Assembly (NCBI GenBank): GCA_041498975.1
Contig: JBGQJI010000001.1
Coordinates: 22,036 to 86,035 of the forward strand
DNA: 64,000 nt
Reading direction: 5' to 3'
Source of the DNA: Candidatus Methylomirabilis sp.
GTDB lineage: Bacteria; Methylomirabilota; Methylomirabilia; Methylomirabilales; Methylomirabilaceae
A program made the translations under genes and the position numbers. Positions 19,653-28,591 of the stretch are shown piece by piece. Position 1 is the first letter of the stretch. The number at the start of each line of letters is the position of its first letter. Under the pieces are notes generated by a model that made no database searches, had not been told where the DNA came from, and saw only the letters and a program-made list of their open reading frames with translations.

Positions 19653-21206
19653 ATGATGACAACCTCTGAACTGGCCAAAGCGGTTGAGCAGGCCCTCGAG
19701 TACCTGAAGTCCACCGGGCAGGTTGCCGAGGCCGAGGTGTTCGCCTCGAGCAACGCCAACCTGATCGCCCGGCTGAACTACACCTCGCACATTCCCTGCA
19801 ACGGGGTAGAGGAGCCGAAATCGACCGAGTCCGCCGGCCTCGGCATCCAGGCGGTCTTCAGGACCGACGAGGGAACCAAGATCGGGTTCGGGAGCGAGCC
19901 GAGCGACCTGAGCCTGGATGGGGTAAGACGAGCCCTGGAGAAGGCCAGGCGCGGAGCTGTCGCCGACCCCGAATTCTCGTCGCTCCCGAGACCGACGGGT
20001 GAGCGGCGAAGGCTGCGTCGCTACCACGACCCGAAACTGATGAAGATCAGGGACGACGGGCTGGTCGAGGCCGGCTGGAAGGTGCTGCGCGGGGGGCTGC
20101 ACACCTTCATGGCCTCGCCCCGGCTGGCCGAGCTGGCCGGCGGGCAGGAGCGGGTCAAGGACCTGGGCCTGATCCTTGGTGGCGACGTGACGATCCTGCA
20201 GGAGCGGATCGCCATCGCCTCAAGCGCTCTGCCAGAGGTCCAGACCGATGAATCGACCCTGATCATGTCTTTCGTCACCGCCATGGTCGAGGCCAAGGCC
20301 TCCAAGGGGACCGGCTGTACCACCGGCACACGGCTGGAGGGGTTCACCGACGAAGCCGGCGTTGAAGCCGCGCGAAACGCCATCGCGGCGATCGGCGGCG
20401 AGCGGATTAAGAGCGGCGAATACACGGTCATCTTCGAGAGACAGCCTGTGGCTGACCTCCTGAACAACATCATCCTCCCCTCCCTCACCCTCAGCGCCTT
20501 TTACAGCGACAGCTCCACCTTCATCGGGAGGCTGGGCAAGAAGGTTGCGTCCAGGCAGTTTACCCTGTATGACCACGGCGCCCAGCGCGATCTGATGGGC
20601 AGCAAAGGGATCACGTGCGAGGGGCTGCCGACCGGCAAGACGCGGCTGATCCAGCGCGGGAAGCTGGTCGGCCTGCTCAGCAACCACTACGAACAGCAGC
20701 GGATCTTGAAAGACCCCAAATCCCAAGAGAAGCTGGGGGCGGACCCCGGTCGCCACATGAAGGGGATCGTCCCCCGGAACGGCTTCCGGTTCGGACCGGG
20801 AGGCGGGCGCCAGTTCAGCGCCCAACCCGGGATCGCCGCGACCAATGCGATCGTCGAAGGAGGCGAGCACAGCCTCGACGAGCTGATCGCCACGGTGAAA
20901 GACGGCCTTCTGATCGGCCGGATCTGGTACACCTACCCGATCAACGGGCTCCGGGCCGGCGACTTCACGTGCACGGTGGTCGGCGACTCGTACATCATCA
21001 GAGATGGACGGGTCGCCGCGCCGCTGAAACCGAACACCGTCCGGATCAGCGGCAATATCCACACCATCCTGTCGAATATCGTCGGAATCGGCAAAGAGGT
21101 GAAGGGAACGCTGGTCTGGGCCGCAGACGAGGTAATCCACGCTCCCCAGATCGCCGTCCGTGGTGTGAAGATCGACGAAATCGCCGGCTTCATGGAACAC
21201 CTCTGA
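19653..21206 (+). CDS. tldE: TldE/PmbA family protein
   Basis: PmbA-like; EGLPT, GDFTCTV; no HExxH; follows tldD. Confidence 0.85.
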   Translation: MMTTSELAKAVEQALEYLKSTGQVAEAEVFASSNANLIARLNYTSHIPCNGVEEPKSTESAGLGIQAVFRTDEGTKIGFGSEPSDLSLDGVRRALEKARRGAVADPEFSSLPRPTGERRRLRRYHDPKLMKIRDDGLVEAGWKVLRGGLHTFMASPRLAELAGGQERVKDLGLILGGDVTILQERIAIASSALPEVQTDESTLIMSFVTAMVEAKASKGTGCTTGTRLEGFTDEAGVEAARNAIAAIGGERIKSGEYTVIFERQPVADLLNNIILPSLTLSAFYSDSSTFIGRLGKKVASRQFTLYDHGAQRDLMGSKGITCEGLPTGKTRLIQRGKLVGLLSNHYEQQRILKDPKSQEKLGADPGRHMKGIVPRNGFRFGPGGGRQFSAQPGIAATNAIVEGGEHSLDELIATVKDGLLIGRIWYTYPINGLRAGDFTCTVVGDSYIIRDGRVAAPLKPNTVRISGNIHTILSNIVGIGKEVKGTLVWAADEVIHAPQIAVRGVKIDEIAGFMEHL

Positions 21207-21360
21207 GAGATCAAGACATGCGGCACCATGTCGCGCGAGAGAGTTGCCCTGCCGAGCGGCCGCGCCCGACGGGCCAGGCACGGGCCGTCGACCATCACCA
21301 ACACTGTGATCACGAACAAGATGGAGAACGCTTAAGAAAGCTCAAAGGAAGGGAGATGTC

Positions 21361-22590
21361 ATGAAGCGATACGCCATGACGGGACGGTTGATGTGGGTCG
21401 CGCTCAGCGCCGTGCTCATGTCGGGAGCCACCTCCCCGGCCCTCGGAGAGGTCTGCCTTTCCCCCTATGTGAAGCAGCGGACCGGACAGGAGAGGTACCT
21501 GTATGTCTGGTCGGTTGACGCCGACGCCAAGGACAATGACTTTCTGGCGGTGATCGACGTGAATCTCGCCTCGCCCACGTACGGCAAGATCCTGACCACC
21601 ATCGACATCGGGTCGAAGGGGAACGAGCCGCACCACATGGGCTTCACCGACGACCGGGCCAGGATCTGGGCAGGCACCCTGTTCAGCAACAGGATCTTCA
21701 TCTTCGATGTCGCGAGCGATCCGGCGCGACCCAGGATCATCAAGGTCCTGGACGACCTGGGCAAGACGACCGGGATGATGAGCCCTCACACGCACTATGC
21801 CCTCCCCGGCAGGATGTTGATCAGCTTCCTCTCCAAGGCCGACGGAGGGCTGCCGGGGGGAATGGCCGAGTTCACGAACGACGGGCAACTGATCCGGACG
21901 ATCCCGAACCCGGAATCCGCCCCCTACGCCTATGATCTAGCGATCAAGCCGGACCTGAACCTGATGGTGACATCCAGCTTTGTCCCGTACAGGAACTACT
22001 CCAAACCGCTCAGCCAGTGGGACATGAAGGACGGCGGCAACACATTGCTGGTCTGGGACTTCAAGGAGCGGAAACTCCTCCAGACGCTCCAAACCGGGCC
22101 GGTCCCGCTGGAGGTCCGGTGGTCGCTGAAGCCCAAAGCGGCCTACGGCTTCACCAACGTGGCCCTGGACGACAGCCTCTGGATGTTCAAGCGGACGAAC
22201 GGGAAATTCGCCACCAAGAAGGCAGCGGACCTGGGAAAAGGGTGCCTGCCCGCCGATCTTCGACAGTCCCCGGACGACAGGTACCTTTACGTGAGCTGCT
22301 TCCTGAAGAACGAGATCCAGGTCTGGGACGTGAGCAATCCGGAGAAGCCCAAGCTCCACGACACGCTGGTGCCGGGCGTTCAGCCCAATATGATGCACGT
22401 CACCGCCGATGGCAAGCGGATGTACATCTCTAACTCACTTCTCAGCACCATGGACCAGGCGGACCGATTCTGGGTTCGCCTCGCGCACATCGGGCCAGAC
22501 GGCAGGATCAAGCTGGATCCCTTCTTCAACGTCAGCTTCATGGACTTCCAGGGCGGTCCCGCCCGCGCCCACGACATGCTCCTGTACTAG
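21361..22590 (+). CDS. Secreted selenium-binding protein / methanethiol oxidase (MtoX)-like beta-propeller
   Basis: Signal peptide; CLSPY..TGQE.YLYVW, GNEPHHMGFTDDR, PHTHYALPGRML, PLEVRWSLKP, RAHDM. Confidence 0.85.
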   Translation: MKRYAMTGRLMWVALSAVLMSGATSPALGEVCLSPYVKQRTGQERYLYVWSVDADAKDNDFLAVIDVNLASPTYGKILTTIDIGSKGNEPHHMGFTDDRARIWAGTLFSNRIFIFDVASDPARPRIIKVLDDLGKTTGMMSPHTHYALPGRMLISFLSKADGGLPGGMAEFTNDGQLIRTIPNPESAPYAYDLAIKPDLNLMVTSSFVPYRNYSKPLSQWDMKDGGNTLLVWDFKERKLLQTLQTGPVPLEVRWSLKPKAAYGFTNVALDDSLWMFKRTNGKFATKKAADLGKGCLPADLRQSPDDRYLYVSCFLKNEIQVWDVSNPEKPKLHDTLVPGVQPNMMHVTADGKRMYISNSLLSTMDQADRFWVRLAHIGPDGRIKLDPFFNVSFMDFQGGPARAHDMLLY

Positions 22591-22692
22591 TGCCGTCCCA
22601 ACTATTTGGCCTCACGACAGATGATGTGTGGGTAACTCAATCGGCCTCTGCATCGCGTCCTTGTTTGTCCGAAAAAACTGGAACGGCACTGA
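22587..22692. mobile_element. MITE copy 2
   Basis: ctagtgccgtcccaact...aactggaacggcactg; near-identical to the reverse complement of 63134-63240. Confidence 0.75.
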
Positions 22693-23090
22693 TAGCCTGA
22701 GAATGACGTCGGCGCGAAGCCACGGTGACATTCCCGACCCCGAACGGGAACGTCACCAATCGGATCCATCGCGGCGTCGCTCGAGGCCCGAATCATAAGG
22801 GCAGGGAGGTCACCACCCGCATCTACCATACCGTCGGCAATCGCCCTATTCACGTCATCCGAGAGGTGCGATCCACGCGGCGGGCAGGCTGAACAAGGCA
22901 ACTCGTCTGCGGGAAACGGGCTGATAGACTGGATGCGCTAAAGGTTCACGTCGTGAAGGCGGCGCCAGACCTTCAGCCCCCTTCTTTGGGGGTCGTCTGT
23001 TGGGCGGGACCCGATCGCTCACCCGCCTGCTGGCGCCAGTGGGACGCCGTCAGCGGGGAAAGGTCGGGACGCGCGGGCATTTCCCTTGCG

Positions 23091-23261
23091 TCAGGCTGGC
23101 TTCCCCAACTGGCGATAGAGGAACTCTTCCTGTAGCGGGCTCAGGCCGAACTCTCGGCTGGCTTGGTCGATCAGCTCCCCACGGTTGGCATCCGGTTCTT
23201 CCCTGAGTCGATCGCTCATCCATTCGATCGCACGTCTTAACGCCGCATCCTCGATCGTCAT
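23091..23261 (-). CDS. Small hypothetical protein
   Basis: MTIEDAALRRAIEWMSDRLREEP...LIDQASREFGLSPLQEEFL; GGAGG upstream. Confidence 0.7.
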   Translation of the reverse strand: MTIEDAALRRAIEWMSDRLREEPDANRGELIDQASREFGLSPLQEEFLYRQLGKPA

Positions 23262-23389
23262 CTTTTCCAAGACCTCCCGTGAGTTGCTGGCGACCGCGAC
23301 CGGGCGCCGGCAATCCCCTGTAAGCTCGGCTGGCACAGGCCATTGTGGAACCGGACGCCGAAAATCGGAAGCAGGACAGATGCCCCTCG

Positions 23390-24043
23390 CTACCGGGAAC
23401 CCTTCCCTGCCGTTCCTAAGCCCTCAGACTCTTGCTTCAGCCGCATCTTCTTGACGAGAGACTCATACGACTGCGTGTGAATGATCTTGTTGAACTGAGT
23501 CCGGTAATTCCCGACGATGCTGATATCGTCGATCACCACATCGTAGGCGGCCCAGGTGCCATCTCGCCGGAAGAGGGCGAAGTCCACGAAGGTCGGGTCA
23601 TCCCGTTTCGAGAGGAACTTGGTCTTGACCGTGGCAACCTGCCCATCGACCGCCTCCGAAAGATAGACAACTCGCTGATCGGCGAGGTGATCGACCACAA
23701 GCCGCGTGTAGGATTCCACGAACAGGCCCCCGAAGAGGTCGACGAAGTCATGACGTTCCTGTTCCGACCGCTTTGTCCAATGGCCGGCCAGGGAGCGCCG
23801 CGCCATCTCTTCGACATCGAACCACTGAAAGATCATCTCCTTGACCCTCGCTTTCCGTTCTTCCTCCTTTGCCGCCCCCCGCAGGGCCGGGTCCTTCACA
23901 ACGGCGCTGACCCGGTCCAGCTCGCCCTTCACCCGATCGGTCGTCTCCCCCGCCTGGACCGATGCTGCGAAGGCTACCCACAGCAGAGCAATCCCTCCAG
24001 CCATCACTCCCTTTCGTGCAACCAACCTAGCTCGACGCATCAT
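23390..24043 (-). CDS. MlaC/Ttg2D (HpnM-like) lipid-binding periplasmic protein
   Basis: FDVEEMARRSLAGHW, YDVVIDDISIVGNYRTQF; overlaps the end of the MMPL gene. Confidence 0.88.
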   Translation of the reverse strand: MMRRARLVARKGVMAGGIALLWVAFAASVQAGETTDRVKGELDRVSAVVKDPALRGAAKEEERKARVKEMIFQWFDVEEMARRSLAGHWTKRSEQERHDFVDLFGGLFVESYTRLVVDHLADQRVVYLSEAVDGQVATVKTKFLSKRDDPTFVDFALFRRDGTWAAYDVVIDDISIVGNYRTQFNKIIHTQSYESLVKKMRLKQESEGLGTAGKGSR

Positions 24044-26786
24044 GTCGGAATTCTCCTTCGGACCTGGCACCCGTTTTTTCCTTCATCCCTGACGGCCGTT
24101 TGGCGGCGAGTGTGAGCAGGGCAGGCAGGAGGGTCAGGGAGACGGCCAGCACGCTGCCCACCCCAAGCGTCACCAAGAGGCCGATGCTGAAAGCCCCGCG
24201 GTGATGAGCGACCATCAGGCTCCCGAAGCCAACCATCGTCGTCAGCGAAGAGAGGGTCACGCCCTTTCCGATGCTCCTTGGAAGGACGGCGGACTCCGCT
24301 TCCTCACGGTAGCGGTGAACGATCAGGAGCCCGTTCTCCACGCCGGGCGCGACGATCAGCGGGATGATAATGAGGTTGGCAAGATTAAACTTCACCCGGA
24401 AGACCAGCATCAAGCCAGCGGTCCAGACGGCGCCAACCAGCAGCGGGACCTTTGCCAGAAGGAAGTACCGCAGGTCGCGGAAGTTCAACAGGATGAGGAT
24501 CGCGACCCCGACCAGGGCGTAGATCCCGACCTGCTGGTACCCCCGCTTCATCGTCGCGATGACTTCGTGCCCCTCAACCGGGTCGCCGATGGCGTCCGGA
24601 TCAACCCTTCGCAGGTCAGCGACGAACGCCGCCTGGGAGGCGACTTCCCACGGACTCTGGCGCGAGAAGACGCGTACTAGGTACGACCCGTCCCGGCCGA
24701 TGAATTGCTTTTTCAGATCGCGCGGCAGGTCCTCCATCACCACCGGCCCTGACGCCACCGCCCTGGCAAGGAGCGCCACCTTGTCATGGAAGTCATGCAC
24801 CAACTCGCCCTGATAGGTGGAGAGCCTGCGGCGGACCTCTTCGGGGTCGTGTCGCGCGAGAAGCATCTGAAACTCTTCGATAAGGCGCCTGACTCGCCCC
24901 ATCATCTCAAGGGGCGGCGTGTCTTTCCGATCCCATTTCTCAATTTCCTCCGGCGTGAGCATCTTCGCCTTGATCCGGCTCAGCGTATCCAGGAGTCCCT
25001 CGAGGTCAACCGGCGCGGGAGGGGCCACCTCCAGGCTTACACCTTCCAGAACAGGCTTGAGCTCGCGGAGGAGCGGAAGTTTGCGTTCCTGATCCTCCGG
25101 CATGACGGTGGCGATGCTCTCCACCTTGCTGATTGTGGGAAGAGACTCGAGGGCGAGCGTCTTCTCCCTGACCTCTTCCAATGTCCGAGCCAGGATCACT
25201 CCATACGAGGTGGAACGCTCGGAGTTCTTAATGATCTTCAGTTCCCAAGTCACCGACTCGGTCCCCTCGGCTTGCAGACGGAGGACATTTCCATCGAATC
25301 CGACCTCGGTCAACGCATACAGGGCGACCACGGTGGCGAGCCCCGAAAGCGCGAGGACCGTCCGCGGCCGCCGGTAGCAGGCTTCCAGGAAGGCTGGAGG
25401 CCGAAGCGAGAGGGACGGCGGCACGACGGCCACGACAGCCTTCCGTCTGTCCCAGAGCAATAGCAGCGGCGGCAGGACGGCGAAGGTCGAGACCAGCGTC
25501 AACAGCAGGCCGCTGCCAGTGATGAAGCCCAGCTCCCGCAGAGCGCTGATCTTCGTGAGCAAAAGGGTGAAGAGGGCCACGGACGTTATCACAGCGGCCT
25601 GAAGGATGCCAGGACCGGCCCCCTCGAAGGCCCGCTCTAGCGCCTCTCGGATGGAATAGCCTTGGCCCCGCTCCTCCTCGTACCGTGCCAAGAGGTGGAT
25701 CCCGTAGTCCATCCCGATCCCGATCAGCATCGGCGCCAGCACCACCGAGAGCATGTTCAGGTGGCCGACCGTGATCGCGGCGAACCCGAAGGCCCAGCAC
25801 ACGCCCATGATCAACGCGATAAGGCCCATCAGTGGACGGAGTATGCCCCGGAACACCACCACCACCAGCAGGGCGACCCCGACGAGCGAGATGACGGTAG
25901 CCAGACCGCTGTCTCGCTGGGCAGCGTTCACCTCATCGTACTCCAGGGCCGGATCTCCCGTCACGCCGGCCTTGATCCCGGGATACTGCTGTTGCAGCGT
26001 TCGGATCTCCTTGCGGATCCCCTCGATCGGCCGCTGGAATCTGATAAAGCTCTCGGCATCCCCTTTCACGGTGGCCAGGACAAAGAGGAATCGCTTGTCT
26101 TCGGACCACAGGTAACCATCCCGGTCATCGTTCTCGTCAATGTCGGTGAAGAACCGGCTCCATGGAGAGGCGTAGACGCGCGGGCCCTCCGTCCAAGCCT
26201 TGAGCTGTTCCAGCAGGACGACAAGCGGCGCGAGGTCAACTGGGCGCTGCTCCTCCCCATCGCTCTCCTCCAAGAAGCCGGTGAACAGGTGGCCGACCAG
26301 GGCCTTGCTGATCTCTCTCTGGATGAGGTGGAACAAGCGGTTGAGCCCGGGTTCGGCAGAGAGCTCTTCCAGAAGCGCCCGATGCTCCTGCAGCTTGCCT
26401 TTCAGGTCAACCAGCTCTTGCGGGGAGAGGTAGAGGAGGAAGTGATCCTCCAACGCCTTCAGGTCGAAGCGCTCGAGCACCTCTTCGACCCCAGGGACCT
26501 GAGCTCTGAGCCGCCGGGCGAGGGCGGCGGCAAAGCGCTTCGCTCGATCCTGATCGTCGGACTGGATCACGATGATCGCCCGATCGCGGTCGCCAAACGC
26601 CTGGCGGTATTCTTCCTGAAGCTGGGCGAGCCTCCCCTTGAGGGGGGCCAGGGCGGAGCGCGTGGAGGTGAAGCTCAATCGTTGAACCGTCACGTACACC
26701 GACAGGAGGGTCAGGAGAAGCGCTGAGATCAACGTGATCCACGGGTGCGCAAGGACCGTGCGCGCGATGAGCTTTCGCAACCTCAT
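24027..26786 (-). CDS. MMPL/RND transporter, HpnN-like
   Basis: Two MMPL repeats (GIGMDYGIH, LTTMVGFGSL); paired with the MlaC-like gene. Confidence 0.85.
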   Translation of the reverse strand: MRLRKLIARTVLAHPWITLISALLLTLLSVYVTVQRLSFTSTRSALAPLKGRLAQLQEEYRQAFGDRDRAIIVIQSDDQDRAKRFAAALARRLRAQVPGVEEVLERFDLKALEDHFLLYLSPQELVDLKGKLQEHRALLEELSAEPGLNRLFHLIQREISKALVGHLFTGFLEESDGEEQRPVDLAPLVVLLEQLKAWTEGPRVYASPWSRFFTDIDENDDRDGYLWSEDKRFLFVLATVKGDAESFIRFQRPIEGIRKEIRTLQQQYPGIKAGVTGDPALEYDEVNAAQRDSGLATVISLVGVALLVVVVFRGILRPLMGLIALIMGVCWAFGFAAITVGHLNMLSVVLAPMLIGIGMDYGIHLLARYEEERGQGYSIREALERAFEGAGPGILQAAVITSVALFTLLLTKISALRELGFITGSGLLLTLVSTFAVLPPLLLLWDRRKAVVAVVPPSLSLRPPAFLEACYRRPRTVLALSGLATVVALYALTEVGFDGNVLRLQAEGTESVTWELKIIKNSERSTSYGVILARTLEEVREKTLALESLPTISKVESIATVMPEDQERKLPLLRELKPVLEGVSLEVAPPAPVDLEGLLDTLSRIKAKMLTPEEIEKWDRKDTPPLEMMGRVRRLIEEFQMLLARHDPEEVRRRLSTYQGELVHDFHDKVALLARAVASGPVVMEDLPRDLKKQFIGRDGSYLVRVFSRQSPWEVASQAAFVADLRRVDPDAIGDPVEGHEVIATMKRGYQQVGIYALVGVAILILLNFRDLRYFLLAKVPLLVGAVWTAGLMLVFRVKFNLANLIIIPLIVAPGVENGLLIVHRYREEAESAVLPRSIGKGVTLSSLTTMVGFGSLMVAHHRGAFSIGLLVTLGVGSVLAVSLTLLPALLTLAAKRPSGMKEKTGARSEGEFRHDASS

Positions 26787-27016
26787 CGATCAGGTCTCGC
26801 CGGGATGCGCCGCGGGCCGCACACCACCGCCTGGGGAAGGCGCGGGGCGTTCAGCTTTATCACTGTGTGATCGCTCGCGCCGTTCAACTTTTCGAATTCC
26901 TAAGCTGGGGACCGGTCGGCCGATCGGCTTCCCACTTCGGGCAACGATCGCCGCAGCCCACCAACCCGCAGGCGCGACATGAGAGGATCTTGGTCGTCAT
27001 CAGATCGTCCAGCGAT

Positions 27017-27787
27017 TCACTCCAAGAGTCGCATGACAGGGATCATCCTTCGATCGAATTTCTCGAAGGTTTCGCTCCGGAGGGAATCGATTGACCGGTA
27101 ACAGGCCTCCACCTGCTGAAGAAACTGATCCAGTTCCAGTCCGAAGCTGGCCGGGCGGTAGTCCTTGACTTTCGCCAAACCTTCCCTCAGGAGGCTCAGG
27201 GCGCCTTTGAGGTTCCTGTTCTCCAGATGGTGGAAAGCGACCGCTATCTGTATCAACCCCTGTAACAACGGCCGCGTCTGCTCCCCCTGCTTGAGCCAGA
27301 CAGCTTCTAGGATCTCGTGCACCTCGAAGAAAAGTCCTTCATTGAAGAGGCAGGTTGCCTCCTCGATTGCTCGCTCCACCTCGCCCGCCGGTCGAATCTG
27401 GCGCCGAGACAGCATCTCCAGGGCACGACAGTAGGCCTCAGCCCTCGACGTCGCAGCGGGAAGCTCTCTCTGTAGTTCCTCACCCAGCGCCACCCAGCGC
27501 TGGCCACTGCGGGTCCCATGGGCCTGAAAGAGCTTCGAATCGATCAGCTCCTCGATGGATTCCTCCGCAGATGCCTGAACCTTGACCTCGCGGAAGGCAC
27601 CCTCGACTGCGCCAAGGAGGGCGCCGAACGGAACCTCTACGTGCCCTTGCGCCCGGGCGAGGCGAACAACCGAGCGAAGCGCATACAGAGGCGCTGCCCG
27701 CTCCGGCTTGCAGAGTGCCTCGCCTAACAGCTCGCTCAGCCGGTCGCGCAGCTCGAGGTTCCTGATTGGCGGCGGTGCGTCCCGCAT
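27017..27787 (-). CDS. DUF309 domain protein with N-terminal extension
   Basis: FNEGLFFEVHEILEAVW...LQGLIQIAVAFHH. Confidence 0.82.
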   Translation of the reverse strand: MRDAPPPIRNLELRDRLSELLGEALCKPERAAPLYALRSVVRLARAQGHVEVPFGALLGAVEGAFREVKVQASAEESIEELIDSKLFQAHGTRSGQRWVALGEELQRELPAATSRAEAYCRALEMLSRRQIRPAGEVERAIEEATCLFNEGLFFEVHEILEAVWLKQGEQTRPLLQGLIQIAVAFHHLENRNLKGALSLLREGLAKVKDYRPASFGLELDQFLQQVEACYRSIDSLRSETFEKFDRRMIPVMRLLE

Positions 27788-27971
27788 CAGAGATCGGGCA
27801 CGATGCCAGGGTCGGCCACAAGGGCTCGAACCGCCTCAGAAGACAGAGGCCGCTCGGAGATCTCATGAACCGATGGACTTTCCGTCAACGACGTGTCTCG
27901 ACTGCCCGTCATCCCGGTCCCCCTCATCGACCTGGCGACCGATTGCGGTGGCTTCAGCGGCGTGAGCTGTC

Positions 27972-27980
27972 ATTATAACA
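27972..27980 (-). promoter_or_regulatory. Extended -10 element
   Basis: Minus strand TGT-TATAAT upstream of DUF309/hpnN. Confidence 0.4.
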
Positions 27981-28591
27981 GGGCGTTGCAACCTCGCGTA
28001 ACGTTTTCTCTTTCCTCGAGCGAAGCAGTACCCTTCGCTGGGGGGCGCGGCACCGACCTTACCGATCCCCTTCCGTCTCTCGATCCGAGCCACCGATTCG
28101 TATCAATTCTGAACGCTTGGGGGCATAAGGCTGGGACTAGGTTGCCTGGAGGCCCGTGAGCCCTGATCGCGGATGCCAATACGTCGCCGCCCCACTCCGG
28201 AATCCGGGGCCGACTCCTCTCGGGAGAGAGTTTAGACCCTGGCCGGTGCGGAAGAGATCAGGCTACATGTCGCCAGTCGGCAGGCCCTGCAGGTAGGAAG
28301 GCGCAGAGGCGCCGTGGTCGATGTTACTAAGCGGAGCGGGAAATAATAGATGACACGTCCGCCCGCCCCTCATCGGACTCTCGCCCGGACTGTGCGGCCT
28401 GGGCTCGAGTGTCGCCTCATTCACGCTCCGCACAGTATCCTTCCGGGCGGCGTCTCTGCGCGTCCAGTTCGGTCAGCCCCAGGTGAAGCTTGCCAGGCCC
28501 CATATCGCATGGCTGGCCATAACCTCCTCCACCTGGGGGTGGAGGAATGAAGGGGCATCCCTCCGCAGAACGGCCACGAAGGGAACTGTGC

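Noticed and set aside
17931..21360. RiPP cluster around tldD/tldE
   Set aside because: No YcaO, radical SAM or credible precursor peptide nearby.
21361..22590. Functional link between the 'selenium-binding' protein and the selenoprotein
   Set aside because: The SBP56 name is historical, the gene has no in-frame TGA, and the two are 15 kb apart.
28141..28270. 6S RNA or c-di-GMP riboswitch
   Set aside because: Too short for 6S, and the GGCAAAC/GCAAAG core of the c-di-GMP-I riboswitch is absent; kept only as an unassigned structure.
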